A stretch of 63,186 bases of DNA, filler included, from Platydemus manokwari (lineage: Eukaryota): NCBI GenBank assembly GCA_037951405.1. It is 6 parts of 6 records of this genome, joined end to end, with 100 filler letters (N's around TTAATTAATTAA, not from the genome) between each part and the next. Parts side by side here need not be neighbours in the genome. Positions count along the whole stretch, not along the records: positions 53,083 to 63,186 come from JBBMOY011168769.1; 5 more parts are not named here. One strand, given 5' to 3'. The notes under the pieces are model-generated. The model was given only the letters and a program-made list of their open reading frames with translations. It did not search any database and was not told the DNA's origin. This document shows positions 53,790 through 63,186 of the stretch, one piece after another. Numbering within the stretch: the stretch's first letter is position 1; each line of letters opens with the position of its first letter. Made by a program: the position numbers and the translations under genes.

Positions 53790-54400
53790 ATTTTTCAGGA
53801 CAAGGATAAGAAAGTTCAGAAACATAAGTAGTCCGACTCAAAGAAAAACCCTTCAACAATAGAATGCGCCAAATCTGCTACCGGAAAAACCACGGAACGC
53901 GAGATTGCAAAGCGTCAACAGACGTAAACGAAGAAAAGATAAAGTGTCAAAAATACGGATTGGACAACCATAAAACAAGTAAATGCACCAGAACAGGCCT
54001 AAAATGCAACTATTGCGGTAAAAATGGATATCTTCAGGCAATACGTTGAACAAAAGTTAACTCTTCCAAACGAGAAGGGGTCAGTCAGCAAGGGAAAATT
54101 AAATGTTATAGATGCGGTCGGTTTGGACACGTGAGCCGAAGCTGCCCACAAAATGAAAGAGAAAAACCTACTCAAGTGATAGTAGCATACGAAAATGCAC
54201 CTCAACCGAACTTAACTCGATTGCAACAGCTCGAAAACGAATATTTATAAGAAAAAAGACGGGTAAATAGATTCTGAGCACCCGTAAAGATAAGGCTATC
54301 TGCACGAATCGAAACCAAAGGAAACACGTAGATATACATAGCCTCATAATGGATAAAAACAAGAATAGTGAAGAAAAACAAAAGGAGAACGAAACTCACT
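53790..54400 (+). mobile_element. LTR-retrotransposon gag remnant with four zinc knuckles
   Basis: CQICYRKNHGTRDC (frameshifted), CQKYGLDNHKTSKC, CNYCGKNGY and an intact CYRCGRFGHVSRSC at 54104-54145. Confidence 0.8.
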
Positions 54401-56332
54401 TTTGGGCGGCCACCTCATTGATCAGTATTTCCTGCAAGGCATATCAATAGTATGATTACTTCCAATGAGCATCTTTCGAGCTCGCAGTGGATAATGATAT
54501 AACTGCAAAGCTATCATGTGAAGACCGTGAAGCCTACAAGACGTATTTCAGAAATTATTCGACTGACCAACTGAAACATCCCCAGATACGCCATCTGAAT
54601 TAAGCCTATATACGGATCAGGCTAGTAATTGCAGCGGAGAACCCTCACTCTAAGGGAGCCACCAGCACCAGTAACAATCAGCTTGACAATACTTATCAAC
54701 ACTAAGAAATTTCCAGTAGACATGTTCGAGGACCGATTGAAAACAACCGTTGACATCAAGAATGACCTAAATTTATTACCCAGAATCGATCTCAATAGTG
54801 ATCAGTTTGCATGTGTAAACAATTCACCTGGTGGGGTTTTATGAAGAGAGAATTGGCAAATGAAATTAAATTAAAATTCTGGTGTTATAGGATAACAATT
54901 AATATCACTTATCGATTAAATTGAAGCTATAAATATAAGATTAGGTTGCGATTTTGTTCCCAGCAGAATCTGCTCTTATCAGATACATATGAAGTGTTCG
55001 AATCACTCTCTTATACTACTTATAATAGTTAAAATATAAATAGTCAGGTGAAATATAAACTTATCCTGAAAAATATGAAAATAAATTATTAAATAAATGA
55101 ATACAATAAAGTAAGTTTATTAACAATATAAATCTAATTTTGTAATATACTAAAGGTACAATTTCTATCGCTGACGGTTAGTAGATAGGAGAACAGTCGG
55201 ATGTGCCCAACTAGTTGGCAAGACACCCCTGTGGTTAAAATAGAAGGTGGGAGATAATAAGTAGAACCTAGTAAATTTAGAAGAACCTAAAGCTATCGAG
55301 ATAGCTGTGGGTGCATAATGAAAACATAAAATTTTACTTATCATGTTGCTGAAAATACACAGTAATTGATTCCTGATATGCTTCTAAGAACTGATTCGCG
55401 TAAATGTTTCCCAAATAATTACTATACAATAATAGATGCGTTTGAATTCTTCTTCAACTAAAAGTTTCATTTTCATCTCTGGAATAATAATATTTGAATT
55501 GTGCGTTTAAAATTTTAAAAATTAACTGAAAGTAATCGCGTATGATAAAGTGCAATCACACTGAATTTGCTTGCTCATAATGGTGTGTTAATATTTTGTC
55601 TTCCTTTGTTTCTAAATTTAGAATCTCTCTAGACATCATGTCTAAATTTAGCAATAGCCTACTGTTTTTAGATACTTGAGTTGCTAAATTGACCTACACT
55701 ATTTTAGTACTGACGAAGTTACTAAAAATAAATTTTAAAATAATTTCTTGCTCTTGACCTTGGATTCTATCTGGGTGGCGTTGAGGTCATTTAAACAAAA
55801 GAATTTGTTATAGAAAAACAAAATTTTTGTTTAATTTATTTTTAAATAATTCTATATGAAAATTTTTGAATTTTTTCATTTTATTTAATCTAAGAATTTT
55901 TAAAATTTGATTTTTTATGTTTTTAATATTCTTTTTATTCTTATATATTTATTATTGTATCCTAGTTTAATAGTGTTGGGTAAGGTCGGATTCCACAAAT
56001 AACCTCAAAATATCTTCATTAAGGGCATTCCTGTAACCCCACAATATTTAGTTTATCGCCTGGGGCAGACAATGAAACGATGAGAACCTCATACTATATA
56101 GCTCCATTGCCAGTGAACAACAATGTATAGCACCACCATCGGTGGAAAGCAACCAGCATAGAAAAAAACAGGGCGACTACCGATATACTCTAAAAAACTC
56201 AACAAAACGAACCACAACTGGATACAATCTTCATGGAAACAAGTAGATAGAGAAAATCAACGAATTCTTACGGACAAGCAGAATCCAAACCAAAGGAGAT
56301 GAACGAAATATGATAAAACACAAAGCATAGTA

Positions 56333-57730
56333 ATGGGTTGGTTAGTAGGATTCAAACTACTCCTCATAGTCGGCTTAATCAGAAAAGCATCATTACTCAC
56401 GGCGTATGACTGCCAAAACTCTAAACTCTCCAATATATATTCGTAAAAAATGGAGGTCTGATTACCCCATGTATTTGGCATTGAAGACTACACTGTAGAG
56501 TTAAGAGAATATAAAGGGACATTCAATAGGGCCACGAGTAAAATGATGCAATATCCAGGTTGCTCACCAAGACATCACATTTGCAAGGTAGACAATCTAC
56601 GCTGCTGTACAAGGTCAAGCCAAGCTACTGTGCAGTTTCATTCCTACTGAGAGTACCATTTATACCACTTCAAGCAATATGGGACACATCGGAAAAGGAA
56701 AGTCTCGTAAACAAGACTAAGCAGAAAATTGGAGGAACACAATGTCAAAAAAATTGAATTACCAATCTTATTAATGTCAGCACATAGGCACGAAGCAATC
56801 TCTTTCATCCGGAAAAAAATAACGGGGTATCTGTGGAGTACTAATGTATAAGACAAATTACCAAGGTTTCTACCTCAGAAAAAAGGCCACAGATGCAGGA
56901 GTCACAAAAGCGATATTAAGCCCGCATCCTATCTCAATAATAAAATAGATTATGCCTATCATAAACTCCAATCTCAGATGCTGGAGATATATCAGGAGAC
57001 AATTTGGGAAATTGCAAACAAGACCGAGAAATTTTGAGAAATCGGCATGCCATAGCCCTCAAAAACCAAGATTTGGTTACACCCATCCTAATGGAAAACT
57101 GTAGATATGGAGATTTATCGGAGAAGCCTGATATAGCTAAGAATGTGAAGCTGTACAAGTCAAACTAGGAGAAGGACAGGCATGCACTCGTGAATTTGAA
57201 GTAATCTACCGGAATCAGATAAGATATATGTAACCTTTTACGCATATATTACTGCCACAAGACAGTCCGGCTACAAGTGGCAGAGTGCAACCTACTTTAA
57301 AAAACAAACGAACAATGCGTGTCAATATCAAACAGAAGGCCATCCAGAGATCTTGTACAACTGCTGGATTTGAATATCATCAAGGGCAATATCAAATTTT
57401 ATCCAAAGGAAGTTATAGAAAAAAGGGAATTTACACACCAAAGGATATGGAAGAGGCAAGAAGAGCCTTGGTGTTCCCTCAATTCAGAAATAGAGGCATA
57501 TCAGAAATCATACATACAATCTATGCAGATGGAAATTCAAAACCAAATTGTGATAACGTGTTCTGTGCACATCACTTTGCTTCGATAGCGATAAACGTTG
57601 CTCAACGAATTTGGGGAAGATTTGCCGATTTCCGTATATTCATTGTCAGATGTACACGAATATTTGTTATCGTAATCAACATGAAAAAGGTAATTCATCA
57701 GATAATGATGATATACCAAGACATCGTGAT
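56333..57730 (+). pseudogene. Decayed env-like class III fusion glycoprotein (chuvirus G / gB-like type)
   Basis: Signal peptide plus LLTAYDC; CKQDREILRNRHAIA; IGEA.Y..ECEAVQV......CTREFEVIY.....Y..PFTHIL; GIYTPKDMEEARRALVFP; IWGRFADF followed by a hydrophobic segment. Confidence 0.75.
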
Positions 57731-57949
57731 CTGCGTTCACCAAAGGGAGCGCAGTCATCAAGAGTGGAACACATCCCGCTATCTACATTCAATTCAACTA
57801 TGGCAATTCATCAGGGCCAGAAGCTAAAAACTATCCCTTTCATGACTTGAAGCAACTCCCAGACAGATATGACGCAACGGGAGAAGAAAAAATCATCAGT
57901 AAGACAAAGTTTACTAGACACAACTCAATACCGGAAAAATCAGATAGGT

Positions 57950-59410
57950 TTTACCGAGTATAATCAAATGGCCACCTCAGTTAATGACGATCAGGCTTAA
58001 TAGACATCATATCAGAGCATTAATTTTTTATGGGCGGATACAACGATTGGCAACCCGTGTATGTTAAATCACAATGAATTGAACAGTTTTCAAAGCACGG
58101 ACATAACGATTACAGGCATCAGGGGAGAAATCGTAAGACCCAGAAGTATATTACCATGAAAATCCAATTCGCGAACAACATAATTACTGTGATGGTGCGG
58201 GTATGCGAGGAATGTTCTTTCGATTGTATCATTGGTAGACATCATGAAACAATTAAAAGGGGTCGTGCATGAATGCGCAACAAGAAAACCTATCCAAATC
58301 ACCAGAGATCATCGTAAAATAATCGATATGTACAGATTGACGATGATCTAGTAATTGAACCTCGCACTGAAATTATTTGTTTCGGGCACACCAGTAAGAC
58401 AGATGACACTGACGTAGTGTTCGAGCCAAATGAACAATTCATGGACCAAAGCGGTATGTCCATCGGAGCATGCGTCGCAACTATTTAAGAGGGAAAAATT
58501 CCGATAAAAATAGTAAATTCGTTCAAACAACTCCTTTGTATATATGCCGATGCGAAAATAGGGGAAGTCACAGAATACGCACTGATATCGCAAGAAGTGA
58601 CTACTAAATTGTATGGACCACTACTAGCATAAAGTTCGGATATTACTATACAATAATGTGATAGAACCACAGTGCTGCTGAATAAATACGAACAGGCATC
58701 CGCCAAACATGAATATGACCTCGGAAGGTGTAATTTATTACAACACAAGATCGAACTAATCAATCCGCACCCCATCTATCAAAGAACTTTGCAAGTACTA
58801 GTAATCATGGAGACGGAAATAAACGGAAAATAGATGAATTATTGGAACAAGGACGCATCAGACCCTGTAATTCATCATTGCGTTCACCCATAATCATGAT
58901 GAAAAAGAAAGGCGGAGCGATGCGAATGTGCATAGACAACAGTAAGGTGAACGAACGTTCCTACTGTCTCTTATTCATGAAATGGTCAATCGCGTTACAG
59001 GGGCAGATCTGTTCTCAACCTAGAATTCACAAATTAGATCTAATAATCTCCAGATGGAAGAGAAATTCATTCCTATCACGGCATTCACGGAAGGAAAGGG
59101 CTTATTCATATACACCGTCATACCATCTGGGCTCACTGGAGCTTCCGCAACCTTCCAGAGAGCGATGAATCTGATGGTGATGGATGTCTAGCATGCTATA
59201 TTGTATATTGATGATGTCATAATCCACTTGGTATGAAGAACATCTGGTGGACATCGAAAACGTATTAAAAAGGTAACTATGACTTAGGTGAAATTAAAAC
59301 TCACCAAATGCTAGTGAGCACAAAAATATGTCAAGAGCTTGGACATGTTGTATTGGGACAAGAAATCAATCTGGATAGAGCACACATTATAAAAGTAGAA
59401 CTCTATCTCC
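57950..59410 (+). mobile_element. Ty3/Gypsy pol remnant (protease, linker, RT); no RNase H or integrase seen after it
   Basis: DLGRCNLLQHKIEL, IRPCNSSLRSPIIMMKKKGGAMRMCID, ITAF, PSGLTGASATFQRAM, YIDDVII at 59204 and LGHVV; stops and frameshifts. Confidence 0.9.
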
Positions 59411-60497
59411 ACTTTTCGAGTTATCCAGAATTAAGTAAAAATTATTAGAGTTATCTATCAGGAGCTCCACGAGAAATGGATTAATTCATCCATCAGCATA
59501 ACCAATCGACCTAATCGAGAAATTGAAGCTGAAAATTATCAGTCAGCCTCATATCAGTCAGCTGAATTGCCTAAACCAAGTCCCGCAGTAACTCAGAAAT
59601 TCAAGGAAATTCCATGGGCACAACCCAATTGACAATCTACGATTCAGAAGATGACATATTCACAATGTTTGCACCTGATGAAAAAGTCGGCCTCATCACA
59701 GAAATGAATGATTATCACCCGAAGTAACCGATTCAAAAGAATACAGCCGCAAGCAACACTCTCAGTAATAGGGAACCAAGGAGCAACGTAATGGTAACAG
59801 AACCGAGGAAAACTGTCGGTAAAACTAGTAGTACCAATCATGACATTGTCAGTCAGTGAAGTTTTCAAGACACTTAAAAATAGTATAACCGGACATGAGA
59901 CACATCATAGTACACCACGAATGAAATCAAAGGTGGAACTGAAAAGGAAATCAACAGTATAATTCAAAGACCTTCGCAGGATCCCAAAAAACTAAAACAT
60001 TATCTCAGAAAACAATGGTACCAAAGGTCATCGCCAAGATCATCAGAGAAAATGACAAAGAATGGAGCGTAACAGGAGTGCAGTATACTAAAAAACGCAC
60101 CAAAGAGAAACTATTCTAAAAAATATGCAAATCCGAGATTGAAGACGGAAACAGTGGGTCTCACTCAGGGGGCGAAGAGGACGTTGTAGATCTCACCGGA
60201 CTCATAGAAGGAGCCAAGGAAGGAGACAGTTCGTTAAATAGGCAAAGGCGATCCTAATGACAGCTATTGTCATTTTTCTTCAGAATCATATACGTGATCA
60301 ATCTTCTGTCTCTTGCTATTATGTAAAATGTTCTCATATTTTACGTATGTAAATAATTGTTTTAATTTTATTGTATGATAATCAACTATAATATTATGTA
60401 AAGTGTTGTGCCCTACCGTCTAAACTTTTTAAATTTCTAAACTTTTTAAACTCTCTAAATCTTCCAAGCCTTAATTAATTTTCAAGGCAAAAATTCC

Positions 60498-60514
60498 AAA
60501 GAAGGAAGATATGT
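60498..60514 (+). promoter_or_regulatory. Possible polypurine tract and start of a 3' LTR
   Basis: AAAGAAGGAAGA, TA, then TGT, downstream of the retroelement body. No matching second LTR found. Confidence 0.35.
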
Positions 60515-61764
60515 TTGATATATTCAACCCACATCCCAACCCACATTAATAATATGAATAATCAACCCTTGAAATTAATTCTGAAATTTTAAAAAATTGC
60601 GTTTACAGGGTAATTTAAAATTTTAATTCGCGTCACCATGGTGATTTAATATATTGCTAAGACGAAAGCATTAGTAAAATTGAATCACTATGGAATATTA
60701 ATATTCACTATGGGAGAAAAATAAAATTACAGAAAATTAGTAATCACTCCCACAAAATTCTGGGTATACAAACCAGCCCAAAATTCACAAAAGGCGTATA
60801 CGATTCTATACAAAATTTGACCATAAATTTGCAACAGATTTTCATCTTCGCTCAGTACGCGAATAGTATTCTACTCAGTCAAATATTGGGACAATCTTCA
60901 CACAAACGGAAATTTCTTCAATTATCTTCATCAATATTTGGGATGTTCCTCATTCATCAAGCTTTGGGATCTCATCATCCAATGGTCGGAGTATGATTGG
61001 TATTCACTAGATATATTGAGCAAATTCAAAGTGTTTTTAATTCATTTAACTTTCCGATAATATTATGCCCATGGTAAATTTTATTAATTTTCAATCGATC
61101 ATCTTCTTGCAAAGCTCGATGAGATTTGCAACATCTAAATTCATTTCCTAAATTTATTGTCCGAAGCAGGCGCATCTAGTTCCCTAAGTTGGTTGTTCAT
61201 TTTCTTCAGGGCACGACACTAATATCTTTTAACATTCTAGAATCATACATTTGATAATTTTATATTATAATAAAAGTATTAGTATCATTGCCTCATTATT
61301 TTATTGGTCTATCATTATTTTATTATCCGAATTATACACACAAAATATTATTCTGATTGTAACCAGAACCATTTTTCTAATTTTAATTATATCAGATAGT
61401 TCAGAGTTTAAATTAGTTGAATTATCTTAAATATGTCACACCAAATACCACTTAGCAACAGGTTAGTAGGAATCCATCAGAATAATCAAACTAACTTATT
61501 AAAGGGATGTAAGAAAATTTACTATATTTACTTATATTATCAAATATATAAATTATTATAAAATTTCGTCGAGTGAAAAATACACAGAAATTTATATTAA
61601 TATATTTAGAATGTTGAGGCCCAACTCAACTTATAATCAATCTAACTCTGCTCTTCTAGGTCTGCAGTGCAATTGCCAAAAGCTCAAAGTGTTTAAACAA
61701 GTACATTTTAGTTGTTTTTAATGGTACAACCATTTCATGTTTCCTAATACATGATGCAAATAAC

Positions 61765-62570
61765 TACAATCAACATGTTCAATATGAACTCTGTTTAATA
61801 TGAACATAGTATAATGTGAATATTTAAGTAAAAATTATTGGAAATCATATGGTTTTCATAGGAAATTATGTTTTATAACACGAACACTGTTTATTTTTGA
61901 ACAAGGAACAAAAAAATACTGCAAAGAAAATCAATAAATTATACAATTATTGTTTAATTATTTAATTTTAACTATCTTTCATGAACATGAAAAAAACAAA
62001 TACAAAATGAAAGAAAAAATTTAAGTATTGAAGAGAAACCGAAATTGTTAAAATTATTCGATGAAAATAAAGGCTGTTCTCAAAGCTTTCTTTCATCAAA
62101 ATATAATCTTTCATTGGGCCATATAAATAATCTAATAAAATCTAAGGACTTCATTTTAAATTCAAACTTGAATACCTAACAAAAACGAAAAACGCATTCA
62201 CGTGGTGGATATCAAGTTTATACCATCTTATATGAATGGTTTCATATTCAGAGAACAAGAAATATCAGTATCAGTAGTGATAAACTACAACAAAAAGCAT
62301 TAGAATTAGCAAATCACTTAAGAATTCATGATTTTAAGGCATCAAATGGTTGGCTTAATTCTTTTCTTTTCAGGCATATGATATCATCGAAGAGAATTAT
62401 TGGGGAATCTAAAGCATGGAATAGTGTAAAACCTGCGACTATTTCTAATTGTTTTCCAAAGTTTTTCGAAAATGCATATGTTAAAGAAGTGAACACTGAA
62501 TGTGGTGATTTTCTATGTTTTAAAATTAATTCAAAATTTGACGAAAATATATTAGTTTACGATATTTAGT
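61765..62570 (+). mobile_element. Tigger-like element with CENP-B HTH domains and the DDE domain deleted
   Basis: RKNLSIEEK, LYEWF...R..NISIS...LQQKALELA......FKASNGWL..F..RH.I....I.GES joined directly to AWNSVKPATISNCF; TIR-like start TACAATCAAC. Confidence 0.85.
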
Positions 62571-63186
62571 CTAAGAAGAATTAATAAAAAATGACAAAAT
62601 AATAACAACTTAAATATATTTTAAGTGATCTCTAACGAGTTATTTTAAATCATAGGAAGAGTATTATTTAACTTCAAGTAATTATGATAAAAAACAAGGA
62701 TAATATTCAAATGGTTGATTGTCTACAAACAAATCTCTCTATCAAAATTATTCAAAGCTCATTTATTTCATCTTGATAACTTTTTTAATTATTAGAAAAA
62801 ATATAAAGTCATAAATTTAAAGTTTTAGTAAAATTTGTATTTCTCCAGATGAAAACCAAGCGCAAAAATATCATTTTGGTTCAATTTTTCATTGGTAATC
62901 TCAAATACAGAGATCTTATTCCTGATTCATCCATTAAGAACCAAAATTAAAGTGGCAATAAAAATTTCACAGTAATATAACGATAAATTTTAACGGTGCT
63001 GTTTTGTTTTAATAATCAATAATAACTAAGATCTATCTTTATTCAAAAACAATAGTAACGGTTGCAATGATCACTCTTCATAGTTATGGGTTATTTCAAA
63101 TGACATCACAGATAAGTTGTCTGATTGATTACAATCGTCTTCGTCTCCGTGAGTCGAATCTTTGATCTCAGATTTCATAGACGAAC

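Overview
This is very AT-rich eukaryotic (invertebrate) DNA with short, roughly 45-57 nt GT-AG introns. A flatworm such as a planarian is plausible but is only an inference. The window is not one continuous locus: five artificial 100-nt spacers (N44-TTAATTAATTAA-N44) join pieces of about 9-12 kb, so neighbours across spacers need not be adjacent in the genome. Host genes are a disrupted ACE-family metallopeptidase, a minus-strand multi-exon gene of unknown product, ICMT, PPIL3, SPATA4, ANAPC5 (3' end missing), talin (5' half missing) and a small secreted orphan protein. The rest is largely decayed mobile DNA: two R2/NeSL-type non-LTR RTs, hAT/Buster elements (one with a perfect 8-bp TSD), three pogo/Tigger relics, two Polinton/adintovirus-like DNA polymerase B fragments plus a minor capsid gene, two multi-knuckle gag relics and a Ty3/Gypsy PR-RT. 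There are three main leads. (1) A decayed chuvirus/gB-type (class III) fusion glycoprotein sits next to the Gypsy pol. (2) PPIL3 has no ATG of its own and lies about 230 nt behind ICMT, with both genes having in-frame acceptors, which suggests an SL-AUG trans-spliced operon or a shared start codon. (3) The ACE copy keeps a clean secreted N-half, but its zinc site is cut by a deletion. All family assignments come from manual translation and motif recognition; no database search was run.
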